Assembly (NCBI RefSeq): GCF_006345805.1
Contig: NC_042998.1
Span: 169,322,001-169,386,000 of the forward strand
Reading direction: 5' to 3'
Source of the DNA: Octopus sinensis
Taxonomy: Eukaryota
DNA: 64,000 nt
The translations under genes and the position numbers were made by a program. The notes under the pieces were generated by a model that was not told the origin of the DNA, searched no databases, and worked only from the letters and a program-made list of their open reading frames with translations. Below are positions 12,531 through 24,971 of the stretch, in pieces (the stretch's first letter is position 1; every line of letters begins with the position of its first letter).

Positions 12531-12555
12531 TTATATATATATAATAATATATATA

Positions 12556-12637
<82 letters not shown>
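12531..12637. repeat. (TA)n microsatellite
   Basis: Direct reading. Confidence 0.97.
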
Positions 12638-12639
<2 letters not shown>

Positions 12640-13045
12640 TAGGCGCAGGAGTGGCTGTGTGGTAAGTAGCTTGCTTACGAACTACATGGTTCCAGGTTCA
12701 GTCCCACTGCGTGGCACCTTGGGCGAGTGTCTTCTACTATAGCCTTGGGCCGACCAAAGCATTGTGAGTGGATTTGGTAGACGGAAACTGAAAGAAGCCT
12801 GTCGTATGTGTGTGTGTGTGCGTGTGTGTCTGTGTGTGTGTGTGTGTGTGTCTGTGTGTGTGTGTGTTTGTCCCCTCAAGCATCGCTTCACAACCGATGC
12901 TAGTGTGTTTACGTCCCCGTAACTTAGCCTAGAATAAGTACTAGGCTTACAAAGAATAAGTCCTGGAGTCGATTTGCTCGACTAAAGGCGGTGCTCCAGC
13001 ATGGCCACAGTCAAATGACTGAAACAAGTAAAAGAGTAAAAGAGT
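12638..13045 (+). mobile_element. tRNA-derived SINE, family B (near full length)
   Basis: tRNA-like head GGCGCAGGAGTGGCTGTGTGGTAAG...GGTTCAGTCCC, CORE-like CACCTTGGGCGAGTGTCTT, internal (TG)n, tail GAAACAAGTAAAAGAGTAAAAGAG. Confidence 0.9.
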
Positions 13046-13399
13046 GTCTGTACGATACTGGAAAAAGGATATGTATTTGTGAAGGGAACCTACTTTTCAT
13101 CGACAACTGTGATTGTCACACGATGGCGGGTCAATACCCAGAAACTCGAGTCCGTGTGTATCATAAGTTGAAGACTGATAGGGCACAGAAAGTGTGTCTA
13201 TAGCCAGCTGGAGGAGGTGTCCTCCTGGGGCTACAAACTACAGTAGCATCCACCCTTAGGGGTTAGCCATATTTAAATGGCAAATATACGTCACAGTATA
13301 TATATATATATATATATATATTGATTTTGATTTTTCCAGTTTCAGCTCATGAGCTGTGGCCATGCTGGGGCACCGCCATTTAAACAAAAATTTGTCAGC

Positions 13400-13471
13400 C
13401 TCCCCGGCGGGGAATCGAACCCCGGTCTCCCGCGTGACAGGCGGGGATACTTACCACTATACTACCGAGGA
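13400..13471 (-). tRNA. trnD-GTC: tRNA-Asp (anticodon GTC)
   Basis: Reverse complement TCCTCGGTAGTATAGTGGTAAGTATCCCCGCCTGTCACGCGGGAGACCGGGGTTCGATTCCCCGCCGGGGAG-G forms a canonical eukaryotic tRNA-Asp cloverleaf with a paired acceptor stem. A T5 Pol III terminator lies about 10 nt downstream (plus 13386-13390). Confidence 0.96.
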
Positions 13472-13537
13472 ACAGTATGTATGTATGAATGCATGCATGC
13501 ATGCATGCATGCATACATACATACATACATACATGTA

Positions 13538-13846
13538 AGGTGCATTCCAGAAGTTTTTAGACCTTTTTATTGTAATTTTAGTATATCATTACTATACATC
13601 TAATAAGCTGACCTGCCAACATTTGTTATTCCAAATTGAATAATTATTATTCCAAATTGATTGAGACGACTGTAGCATCACTTTGAACACACCCTACTAA
13701 ACACTGCTTGTCACTGCTGACTAATTTGCAGAATGTAATCGGAACGTGAAGACAATCCGGAAGCTCGCTATGCAATAAAATTTTGAGTTAAACTGGGGAA
13801 AAAAACGCTACAGATTCTTATGAAATGCTCCAGACTGCTTATGGAT
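13538..13846 (+). mobile_element. Mariner 5' fragment (TIR plus HTH remnant)
   Basis: Degenerate RYAIKFxVKLGKNATDSYEMLQTAYG resembles the mariner N-terminal HTH. TA precedes a TIR-like start. Confidence 0.65.
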
Positions 13847-13859
13847 TAACTTAAATATT

Positions 13860-14045
13860 GGCACAAGGTCAGTAATTTTGAGGAAGGGGCTAAGTCGATA
13901 TAATCAACAGATGCTTTATTTATCGACTCCAAAGGAATAAAAGGTAAAGTCGACCTCAACGGATTTTGAACTTAGAACGTAAGGACAGATGAAATGCCGC
14001 TAAGCATTTTACATGGTGTGCTAACTATTCTACCAGCTCGTCACC
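13860..14045 (-). mobile_element. SINE family A body with alternative (non-Tx1) tail, decayed
   Basis: Homology to the family A head and body. The tail is of the CCCCTTCCTCAAAATT...GCCTTGTGCC type. Confidence 0.7.
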
Positions 14046-14989
14046 GTAAATGTAACCATTCTTGACACAATGTGACATTGAAGAGTTCTCTAGACAAAGC
14101 TTATATCTCTTACACTTCGTTCTCATTCTAAAGCAATTACAAGTACAACACCGACTTTCTGGGCACTGATGATCCCGATTCTCTGATAATTCGCACAAAA
14201 TTACGAGGAGGAACTTCAAATTCCCGCGACCGCCAGACTAGTTTACTGGTATTTTGCCCAGTACAGTATTAATATAGGTAGTGGGTAGCGATTTTCTTCA
14301 CTACTTCAGAGAGTGACAACCCTGCCTGATACGAGTCCCGGGCTCAGCTGACTCCGGCTCACAGTACCCGCTATGGGCCCCCTATCCAGGGTTAATGAAA
14401 GGAGACAACCTTCAAAGAAATCCGGAGTGGAGCCCCGTAGGCAGTTTAGTGTTCGACTCGACACTCTTCCGGCAGCTCCTGCAACCAAACTGGTGCCAAA
14501 CGTAATGCTCTGCATTCCTTTGGACTATATCACCAAGGCCGAGAGAGGAATCCTAACGATTGGGCTACCCAGGATTTTCTTACATCTAGCCCAGGCCTAC
14601 GCAAAACTGGAGAGGACATGAAATTTAAAAACCAGACTGGATTAGTTTATGCGCAACTCCATTGGCTCCTGAGACAAAAGGATGCCAGCAACAGTATTAA
14701 TAAACTTGTATCATCTATACTAATGTACAACTATCCGTATTTCATTTAATTAAGTAAATTTAATATTTGTTTGATTTAGAGTGTGACTACTCCTGGTTCG
14801 GAAAAATCAGCAACCTGGAATTGTTTTAGAAGTACAGGTTCTAGAACGATATTGTAGTAATAATAGATATTGTTTTCGTTATTGCTTTTGTGTTGTGTAT
14901 ATAAGAGGAACATGGTCTACATACGTTTGTGTTTCGGACATTGTTTATTGAAATATTAGGGGATATTTTCATTCAAATATTAGGGGATA

Positions 14990-14991
<2 letters not shown>

Positions 14992-15064
<73 letters not shown>
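14992..15064. repeat. (CT)n microsatellite
   Basis: Direct reading. Confidence 0.97.
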
Positions 15065-15070
<6 letters not shown>

Positions 15071-15138
15071 TTTCTCTTTTCCTCTCTTGCTATTTAGCCC
15101 TTGGCCAGCTCAAGTCAAGCACACCTGTTATTATCTTT

Positions 15139-15350
15139 TACTTGTTTCAGTCATTGGACGGCGGCCATGCTAAGGCACCACCTCGAATAGTTTTAGTCAA
15201 ACGAATTGACCCCAGTACGCTTTTTAAAGCCTGGTATTTATTCTATTAGTCTCTTACGCCGAACCACTAAGTTACGAGGACATAAACAAACCAATACTGG
15301 TTGTCAAGTGAGTGGAGGACAGACACAAACACAAAGACACGCACACAGAC
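15139..15350 (-). mobile_element. SINE family B 3' half
   Basis: Reverse-complement homology to 12870-13035. Confidence 0.75.
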
Positions 15351-15355
15351 ATGTA

Positions 15356-15650
15356 CAGGGTGTTCGGACTAAATTTGACAACTTGCATAAAAGGGAAAGA
15401 GAACACAGTATCCCATCCAAAAATGAAAGTATTTTGAAAAAATTTTTAAAAATTCAACAACATTATGGCTGAGAGATAACAGTTTACTCAAAGTAGCCAC
15501 CCTCGGCTTCCAGTCCGGCTTCAAGGCGGCTCTAGAACCTGGTGCATGTGTTCCTCACTGTGTCCCTGAGATCTTCTAACACCTCCTTGATTTTGGCCAC
15601 TAGTTCGGCTTTGTTGTGGCAGACAATTACACCCCATATATAGTAATCCA
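15356..15650 (-). mobile_element. Tc1/mariner-superfamily 3' fragment
   Basis: TA followed by CAGGGTGTTCGGACTAAATTTGACAAC as a TIR-like end. Minus-strand peptide DYYIWGV...KAELVAKIKEV...RLEAGLEAEGGYFE-stop. Confidence 0.7.
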
Positions 15651-15915
15651 TATATAATGCAAAACGACCCGACCGATTAAGATGGTTAATAAAATTTTAA
15701 AATTTGTTCCTTCAGTGTGGCCTGGTACCAAACCATCCACGGCATGATTGTGACCTACGGCCTGATACTGTCATTGTACTGGTCCGCGGACCGTTGGTTG
15801 GGAAGCCCTGCTTTACAGAATCTGATTCGAAGTCATTCATTCCTTAGTTTAAATCCTACCGGATTTCATTCTGCCTTTCATTTCTCCTGGGTCAGTATAA
15901 GTAACAGTGAATATA

Positions 15916-16431
15916 CCGTAAATCCTCGAGTATGGTCCGCCCTTGAATATATACGCAGGGGATTTTTAGGGAGCTGTACCTCTGAAAAACCTAAATCTTG
16001 TGTATAATACGCACCCCCTCTCTAACTTGAGTCAAGGAGGTCTATATAATGTCATTGGTTTGTAAAAATGTATACGGCAACGTCCTTTATTATTATTGTA
16101 TATATAACATAATGCAAGCGTGTAGCTTTTTTGTGCATTTTGTTTGCAGAAAATAAAGAAATAACAGTAATAACGTTTAATAAATGTTGTTTATTGCAAG
16201 TTACGGATGATTCTTTTATGACTTCATTGCTTTCAGGCTTAGCTTAAGGTATTTTCACGCCCAACATCACAAAATGCGTCTGAATAAACATTGCCGGGCA
16301 GCAAATAGAGATTCGGACGGACATTGCTTAGAAAATAATTTTCATTTTTAACCTCGTATATAGTACGCACTAGGGATTTTGACCTTTAAATTATGGGGGA
16401 AAAAATGTGGATTATACTCGAGGATATACGG
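15916..16431 (+). mobile_element. TA-flanked MITE (pogo/Tc1-like), copy 1
   Basis: TIR CCGTAAATCCTCGAGTAT / ATACTCGAGGATATACGG with TA TSD. Homologous to 32228-32739 over its full length. Confidence 0.88.
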
Positions 16432-16756
16432 TATCTGTTTACAATTTTTCCATAAAAGCACAGGTTTTGTGGAAAAGCAGTTATCAATTGATTTCACTAC
16501 CTTTCAGGTACAAAAGTCATCTTCTCTAGATAGAGTGAATGGCTAAAGGTCAACACCGATATGTTTTGTTTTAAAATTAAGACGGAAGAAAGGAACATAA
16601 CTAAATGCGGTCCGGCGTGCTACTGATTCTGCCATGTATTATCTTATGTAACAGTAACATATTAATCTCTTACTAAAAAGCACAAAGGCACATTTGGCAA
16701 CAACAACAATCAACTAAATCAATCCAGTATTTAATTAGTGTTTATTTTATCGATAA

Positions 16757-17141
16757 GGAGGCGCAATGGCTCAGTGGTTAGGGCAGCGGACTCGCGGTCG
16801 TAGGATCGCGGTTTCGATTTCCAGACCGGGCGTTGTGAGTGTTTATTGAGCGAAAACACCTAAAAAGCTCCACGAGGCTCCGGCAGGGATGGTGGTGATC
16901 CCTGCTGTACTCTTTCACCACAACTTTCTCTCACTCTTACTTCCTGTTTCTGTTGTACCTGTATTTCAAAGAGCCGGCCTTGTCACTCTCTGTGTCACGC
17001 TGAATATCCCCGAGAACTACGTTAAGGATACACGTGTCTGTGGAGTGCTCAGCCACTTACACGTTAATTTCACGAGCAGGCTGTTCCGTTGATCGGATCA
17101 ACCGGAACCCTCATCGTCGTAACCGACGGAGTGCTTCCATC
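16757..17141 (+). mobile_element. tRNA-derived SINE, family C (full length)
   Basis: Head GGAGGCGCAATGGCTCAGTGGTTAGGGCAGCGGACTCGCGGTCGTAGGATCGCGGTTTCGATTTCC, followed by a ~310-bp body and a CCATCCAT tail. Confidence 0.88.
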
Positions 17142-17946
17142 CATTTTATCGATCCCTGAAAGATGAAAAGCAAAGTCGACTTTTGTGGAATTTGAACTCA
17201 AAAACAAAAAGACACGTAGCTAAGCTACGCAAAATATTTGTCCACTCTGCATGCTTTTAAGTAACAGTTATCAAGGAAGTTCTCATAGATCGTTTTAATA
17301 TCACCTCGTGGCAAAATGCTTCAGTAGCTCAGACAGAATTCATTTAAATAAGGGGAAGCAACTCAGTTGTTTCGATTCTACAACTTCCAAATTCTCTTAT
17401 TAATTTTAAGACCTTGAAATGTAAAACGATAAATAAAGTCTAAATTGAACATTCTCGTGGTATAATAACTCTTAACTTCTTAACAGTCCTTGCAATCAAG
17501 ATCATAAATCATATAATTTGTGACTTTCTCGGTAATTAAGCTATAAGTTAAGTGGGCTTTGAAGGAGCTGACTTATAATAAATGATATACAAACGTGCAA
17601 GATTATTTTCCCATGAACAGTGTATATCGGGCAACGGTTTCCCATGGATCTGTTTTGTTTTTTTTTAAACAGTAAGGCATGATACAAGGCAAGGGTCCCC
17701 AACCACCGGGCCATAGATAATTTCGTATCGGGCAACACAAAAAGAATAAATTTTGTAATTTTATTTCTATTTTATCGCAGAGTTTTTAAGGAGGTTTTTG
17801 CATTGTACGGGGTGGGTCTAGAGTCATGCACAAAATAAGTTCAATATGCACTGGAATTGTCAAAGACATGCTTCAAATTTTCTAAAGCTGAATAAAATAA
17901 ATAAAATAATGATGAATGCATATATACTTGCACATAATAAGCAAAT

Positions 17947-17947
<1 letters not shown>

Positions 17948-17991
<44 letters not shown>

Positions 17992-18127
17992 TAACGTAAT
18001 ATAAATAAAATGTCAAATGTTTTGCTGCGTGAAACCTTGGGTAAGTGTCTTCTGCTATAGCCTCGGGCCGACCAAAGCCTTGTCAGTGGATTTGGTAGAC
18101 AGAAATACGAAGCCTGTCGTGTATATA

Positions 18128-18187
<60 letters not shown>

Positions 18188-18349
18188 CATGATTTACAAG
18201 ATAAGGGCAAAAGAAAAGTTCTAAAGCCAAATATGCCGAAAAAAGACAACAATTGTCAATAACCATTATAATTTATAATTTAATAATATAATATAAGTTA
18301 TAATATAATAATATAATATAATTTATAATATAATTTATAATATAATATA

Positions 18350-18405
<56 letters not shown>
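17948..18405. repeat. (AAT)n and long (TA)n/AT low-complexity tracts around a SINE B fragment (18025-18122)
   Basis: Direct reading. Confidence 0.85.
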
Positions 18406-18444
18406 CCGGTAACAATATACATATTGTCAGTAACACAATAGTAA

Positions 18445-18751
18445 GTGTAATGAGACCTCATTCGATCATGACTGACTATGGGATTGCACCTAGAAAGGTA
18501 CCCTCCCAGGCACAAGTCTGGACAAGGTTGTTTATGGACGACCAGCATACCGGCCTCCCCTCTCCACGCCACAAGTGTTATCCAAGGGAAAGGCAAAGGC
18601 AGATACAGCTTGGCACCTGTGTCGTGAACTGGAGCAACGTGAAATAAAGTGTCTTGCCCAAGAACACAACACGCAGCCCGGTCCGGGATTCGAACTCACA
18701 ATCTCACGATCGTAAAATTGACGCTCTAACCACTGAGCCATGCGCCTTCAC
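18445..18751 (-). mobile_element. tRNA-derived CORE-type SINE, family D
   Basis: Reverse-complement head GTGAAGGCGCATGGCTCAGTGGTTAGAGCGTC...GAGTTCGAATCCC, then CORE-like TGTTCTTGGGCAAGACACTT. Confidence 0.8.
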
Positions 18752-18983
18752 TAAGTGTAATAAGTATCAATGACAACTATGTTGCTGCTCACGCGCTCCT
18801 CATAAGGTGTGTTGGAAGCCGTGTGTTGAAGCTAGGTTAATGGTCTGCTGAAAGAGAGGAAGAGAAGGTAAGTATTGCGTTGTCCCTTTCTATTTGGCCA
18901 AAAGGTGCTCTCGGTTAGCCGGCTGAAAACTGAAGAGAGAGCAGCGAACCCCTCATTTGGTTATATAAAGTTTAGCCAAGAAG

Positions 18984-19200
18984 GCGGCGAGCTAGCAGAA
19001 ACGTTAGCACGCCGGGCGAAATGCGTAGCCGTATTTCGTCTGCCGTTACGTTCTGAGTTTAAATTCCTTTGCTTTTCATCCTTTCGGGGTCGATAAATAA
19101 AGTACCAGTTACGCACTAGGGGTCGATGTAATCAACTTAATCCATTTGTCTGCCCTTGTTTGTCTCCTCTATGTTTAGCCCCTTGTGGGCAGTAAAGAAA
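18984..19200 (+). mobile_element. SINE family A, Tx1-type tail
   Basis: Full head, body and tail CCCCTTGTGGGCAGTAAAGAAA. Perfect 20-bp TSD TATAAAGTTTAGCCAAGAAG at 18964-83 and 19201-20. Confidence 0.95.
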
Positions 19201-21435
19201 TATAAAGTTTAGCCAAGAAGTAGGTCAAACCTAAAACAAAAAATTGACCTTATCTCTGCCAGCAAAGAGAAAAGACACAAAGGATCAGACATTCGTCTGA
19301 CAAGCAACAGATGTGCGGATCCGGTTTCGAATCTCAACTAAGGAGAGGAAAACGATTTCCTACATATATATAAGCACGGGGCAATTGTGCTTAACTCTCT
19401 CGCATTCACATTACTCTGTCAAGTGTTTAGAATTAATCGTGCATAATCTCGTGGCTTCCAGATTTTGATGATGTGAATGTTTATTTTTAGAATGACATTG
19501 TAGGGTATGCATGACTTTGCATCTGGCTGGTTTGAACATAAAAACAGGTAAAATATTTGGGGTCAGATATGGGCAGTTTAAATGCTAAAGGGTTAACATG
19601 AAAATATTTACCAATTACGGAACTACATGTAACGAGTTATGCTACATTCTAGAACTGTACACAACTTTTTCGTGGGTGAAGTGGGTCAGGTGGCTGACTT
19701 GATATACATCAGGTTACCATAAAATGAGTCGTTTCATTCCTGTTTTATTGGGAAATTCATATTAATGAATAGTTTCGGCCAGTCAGTTAAATTTATGGTC
19801 AAACTAAATGAAGTCTGTGTTGCCATGTTCGTAAATATTTTGATTCGTGTTGTATTATGACCAGAAACTTGGGGGAGAAAAATCACGGAGGCACTATAAT
19901 TACTGTGGAATTAAATGGTATATGATACAGTAATTTACCAACACTGCTCATAAAAGTAATGCATAAATTGTGAGAAGCCAGTAACTTGAAATTACACTCT
20001 CTTTTACATTTACTCCCTATTGAAATTATTGCATTATTTATGGTTTACTGTTCATTACAAATACAATGACTACTACAGCGACACCAGTTACATGAATAAC
20101 ACATTCAATCTCTTTTTATTGACGGTAGCGGACCAAATGATAATTTATTTATTTTATTTTGTTGCATGCATACCGGACCAAATTATATATTTATTCATCC
20201 AGTAAACTTAGAACTGGAAGTACCCCGGGTTTCTGTAGACAGTCAAAATGAATATATACTTAAAATATAAAATAACTTATGAAAAATAAAGAACTAAATT
20301 GTATTTAGCAGATTAAATTCACTTCTAAAATAGGTTGTGTTTGATATTTTATAAATCCATCTAAAATCCTTAAAACATATTATGGCAGTCGATTTCATTT
20401 TCATGTAAAACATAAGTTTATCAAGTGTTCAGACTCCAATCAGAGCTAATTGTTCAAGTGATGATATAAGTTCAAGGAAGTTCTTTCAACGACGGTTTTA
20501 AAAACAGCTATTTTGAGCGCGAAAAGACAGAGATAATTCGGACTCCCATCGTTATGGTTATCGGGAATTCTGCTCTCATAACTGTTTTCACAACTTCATA
20601 CTCAAACCAGCGCGATTTTCCTAATAGCTATTTTCACAGCTATATCCCAACTCGAAGATAGTGAAGAATCAACGCCATGCGTTTTTGCAGTGATATGAAA
20701 GATCAGTTTAATCCTTAATTATCTGTGAAGATAGTCAATTCCTGTAGAATACAATGTTCATACAAATTTGATGTTGTCTGTATTTTCATGAAGCCTTTCA
20801 AAAACTGTAGCAATAAATGTTACATATAAACTGACACCAAGTCTTACAACTATGCTACAATATACAATGTTTATTGAATGAGAATTAAACAAAGGAAAAG
20901 TAAAGAATATAATTTCATTTAACTTGACAGATACTGGTACAAATTTAATAAAGCAAAGTATGTCTGATCTTTATCACTCCACTTAAAAAAGTAAAGGACA
21001 AAACTATTTTTAATACACCGTCTGCAAATACACCAACTTCAAAAATAGGGTCTGTTTACTCAATACAGAGTATGGTATATTGTACGATATTGCACAGTAT
21101 TCCCACGTTTTGGGAAATTCCGGATTTCCGAAAGCTTTGAAAGAGGTCTGGTGCTGTATTGACGGTATCTAAATATTGACTATTGGTGGTAACTAAACCT
21201 TCATTATTATTATGAAAGTTTTTTTCAGTTAGATATTAATGGTCCAAGAAAAATTAGGTCGCGTGATTGGAACCATCGAATCCTTGGATAGCGGGCCATC
21301 ATTTAACAATTCAACCATTATTGCTATTGTGGGGTATAAATTAGAAAACTTTATACAGTACAAGTGTTGTTGAATCTATGAAACAGCGGGGCCGGTATAA
21401 GGTATTGTAATATTATTAATTTTATATTTACATGC

Positions 21436-21750
21436 GTATGCCTGTTTGTGTGGTTAAGAAGCTCGTTTCGCAACCACGTGGCTTCAGGTTCAATCTGACT
21501 GTGCGGCACCTTAGACAACTGAACATAAGTGAATTTGGTAACAGAAACTGTGTGGAAGCCTGTAGGGTATACATATAGATGTGTGTGTGTGTTGGTTTGT
21601 TTACGTCCCTGTAAACTAGCAAAATAGTCCGATAGAATACCAAACTTTAAAAAAATGAATATTGAGGTCGATTTGTTCAGCTAAGAACCCTCAAGGTGGT
21701 GCCCCAGCAAGGTTGATGTCCAGTAACTGAAACAAGTAAAGGATAAAAGA
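21436..21750 (+). mobile_element. SINE family B, old copy
   Basis: Patchy homology to 12638-13045. Confidence 0.7.
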
Positions 21751-22550
21751 ATATATTATATTGGAACAAAGTTATATATTAAGGTAGAGTATAGTCGGTT
21801 GGATTGCCCCTTACAGCAGGGGTCGGTAACCTACGGCCCGCGGGCCGGATCCGGTTTGCGAAGGGATTTTGACCGGCCCGCGAGAACTATACATAATGAG
21901 TTGTTTATTTAAATTTTAAATTTGTCATATGAGAGAAGGGTCTTTCGAATACAATAAAAGGCCTGCTGTTACATTCTTCTACAAACCTTCTGATTCACTC
22001 TACCTAATGTCCATCGCCAACCGGGTGTAAACGCTTTGACACCAAAAACAGAATTTAAAAAACCTTCGCGTACGCTGGGCTCCATACCTCATTTCCGCTC
22101 ACACAACACAAAAATAACACTAATAATATTAACAATACAATTCCGAAAAGTCTCTACCCAATCACCACCACTCCCGCGTAAAAACTAAAACAAAAAAATT
22201 AAGAGCAGACTTAAGCCTGCCGATGGACATAAAAAGACTGCTTCGAAGGGACAACTGTCTCAGTCGACGTATTGGCTTCACTTCGTAACACATTTTTATT
22301 GTCATCGTTTAAAATCTCGTTCGTTTCTTCTTGTCCTTGCCACCATACGCTTACCTATTTCCACCTTTATCATCATCTTTGTCACCCACATTATACAAGT
22401 TATTAGCCATAACCAACTGGTATTATTACAATTGTAAAATGAGACGAGATTTTCGAAAACAATAAAAGGTCTGCCATTAAAAAAAATAGAATTATTCAGA
22501 TGTAAGATTTTTAATTTTAATTTTAATTTTGTTTGTAGGAAAAAATTTCG

Positions 22551-22897
22551 ATGGCCGTGAATGCAAAACGAAGAACGGTAGATGCTGAATGCCGAATTTT
22601 CCAAGAAACTTAGACATTAGATTACTTCTTCATTGAGCACAGTGGGAACACGATTTGTCTCATATATCTAGAAAGCATTGCTGTACATATATCAAGATTA
22701 ATCAGCCGAAATTGCGAAGATGATCCGGTTATTGACTGAAGATTGAAGGCTTCGAATGTCCCGTCCGTGTTTTTTGTATCGTCTTCTAAATGTTTTGCGT
22801 TCTTGTCCCAGTTTGTATCTTTTTACATATACATATATATATAGCGGCGCCCGTACCCTTTTTGGTCTTATATGTAAGTATATATATATATGTAAGT

Positions 22898-22928
<31 letters not shown>

Positions 22929-22966
22929 ATATATATATATATATATTATATATATATATATGTAAG

Positions 22967-22998
<32 letters not shown>

Positions 22999-23004
22999 AG
23001 TATA

Positions 23005-23039
<35 letters not shown>

Positions 23040-23059
23040 ATATGTAAGTATATATATAT

Positions 23060-23107
<48 letters not shown>

Positions 23108-24971
23108 GACATTACGAGACGCACCATTGTGAAAATTTTAGGGCATTTACTCGAGAAACAAGGAAAGATGAAGTTGATCGGTTGAAGTCTAGTTTTGGAA
23201 AACAAACGATTTTTTTTTGTATTTAACAAAGAAAGCGAAAATGTGGCAAATAAAATTGACAGCTATGTAGTCTCGTAACGTATCGCTGAAAAGCTGAAAC
23301 CTTTTACAGATGATTTTTTTTTAAGACTGCTTATTGGCAGTGTTAGATATTGTTTGTCCAGAAAAAATAGTTTTAGTTTGAAGCCATCAGCTGTCTCCGA
23401 GGCCGGTCACACAACGTGTTGAAGAAATGTCAGATGTTAAAAATCAATTAAACAACGCCTATAATGAATTACAATAATTTTCACTCGCTGTTGATGAGAG
23501 TACAGACTTAAGTGACACTGCACAACTTGCTGTCTTTAAGCGAGGAATGACTTCAACTTTTCAGACCTTTGAAGAATTTATTCAATTAATGAAATCCGTA
23601 ACCGGAGCAGACATCTTTGAAGCTTTGTTGAAAATAATATCAGAAATGAAATTTGATTTTTTGAAGCTAATTAACATCACAACTGATGGTACCCCAGCAA
23701 TGGTAGGATAAAAAATAACTGATGGTACCCCAGCAATGGTAGGGGAAAAAAGGCTTTGCTGCACTACTGCAAAACATATGTAAAGCCTAGGCATCATACA
23801 TGAAACTTGTTAAAATTCATTGCATTACCCACCAAGAGACACTGTATACCAAGTTTTTGAAATTTAAGAATGTTATGGATATTGTTGTGAAGGTCGTGGA
23901 TTAAATCATCTTCAGTTTAAACAGTGTTTGCTAGATGCTGAGGCAGAATATGATCTTGCTTATTTCTGCAATGTACGCTGGTTTAGCCGAAGATCGATGC
24001 TAAAAAAGAATATTTGCCTTACACAAAGAGATGGCGATATTTCTCGAAAGCAAACGTGTGGATAGTTCATTTCAGGGATCCTGATTGGCTAGCAAATTTG
24101 GTATTTATTGTGGATATTGTGACTGATTTAAATAACTTAAATTTACAACCTCAAAGTAAAACTCAGCTCGTAAATGAAATATATAACCATATTGTTCTCT
24201 TTGAAATAAAGCAACAGTTGTGGGGAACATCAACTTCGAAATAAAAATTATGTGCATTTTCCATTATCTAAAGGATACCACAGGATTCAGAGGTATTTGT
24301 GAATATAGTCCAGGATTTGAGAAATGAATTTGCATCACGTTTTGCTGACTCGTCTGCATGCAAATCAGTTTAGATTGTTTGCAAGCATGATCGGAATGTT
24401 TTCAAATGGAATTGGTTGATATGCAGTGTGACGACTTATTGAGATCTAAATTTCATTCCAAAGAGGTTTCATTGACTGACTTCTATGCAAAATATATTTT
24501 TCCAAGTGAGAAGTATACCAGTTTAGTGAATCATGCGAAAAAGATAGCATCTTTGTAAGGGGTTTATTGCCTCACTGATGTTTTACTTTGAACTATGTAA
24601 GAGGTTTGTTGCCTCAAATATGGTATTCATAAAGAACAATGTGCGCGGGTAAACAGCAATCGGCGGGCGTTGCTTGTTGCCCTCATTATTATCATATCAT
24701 TTATCATTTCATTTCATTGTGTCTTCGTCCAGCCTGCAGCTTCCTTTCTTTGTAAGGCCTTTATGGCCAATCTAATGAATAAAAGATGGCATCTTTGTTT
24801 GGAAGCACTTATCAGTGTGAGCAATTATTTTCCAAATTGAAGCAAACTAAGAATTTGCGAACAAGATTAACTGATAATCGTATTGATAATATCTTGCTCT
24901 TGGCATCAATAAGTTTGAAGCCTAATATTGAGAAGCTTTCGAGGAACAACATACATCGAATTTCCCATTAA
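22551..24971 (+). pseudogene. hAT transposase pseudogene (GTF2IRD2/Buster-like)
   Basis: Fragments KRRTVDAECRIFQE, RHYETHH, FSLAVDESTDLSDTAQLAVF, ITTDGTPAMVG, IHCITHQE, VRWFSR and SLFGSTYQCEQLFS. Many frameshifts and two insertions. Confidence 0.88.
24557..24780 (+). mobile_element. 224-bp retroposon-like insertion inside the hAT transposase
   Basis: 18-bp TSD AAAAGAT(A/G)GCATCTTTGT at 24539-56 and 24781-98. Removing the insert restores AKKMASLFGSTY. Confidence 0.75.

Larger units (their letters stand above)
10774..12535. mobile_element. Retrozyme-like tandem/inverted array of a ~470-bp hammerhead-bearing monomer
   Basis: Direct units start at 10774, 11328 and 11794 (the third is truncated). 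Orientation flips at about 11885, followed by about 1.4 inverted units. Unit 1 has an 81-bp internal duplication. (TA)n tracts flank both ends. Confidence 0.8.

Noticed and set aside
14166-14200. CTGATGA at 14166
   Set aside because: No GAAA box or stem II pairing follows.
14300-14700. GC-rich island resembling a LINE 5'UTR with a possible HDV-like ribozyme (AACCCTG/CAGGGTT helix)
   Set aside because: I could not build P1, P3 and P1.1 consistently. It needs an RNAmotif/Infernal HDV search.
16757-16830. tRNA-like heads of SINE families A-D as tRNA genes
   Set aside because: Acceptor stems do not close, and each head continues into a repeated SINE body.
19250-21340. Possible additional exons near 19260, 20420-20700 and 21230-21330
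   Set aside because: In-frame stops or no recognisable motif, and no link to the ZNF474-like frame.
22690-22720. Minus-strand TTTCGGCTGATTA resembling the 7628 hammerhead start
   Set aside because: The core box is mutated and the 3' half is absent. Too short to call.
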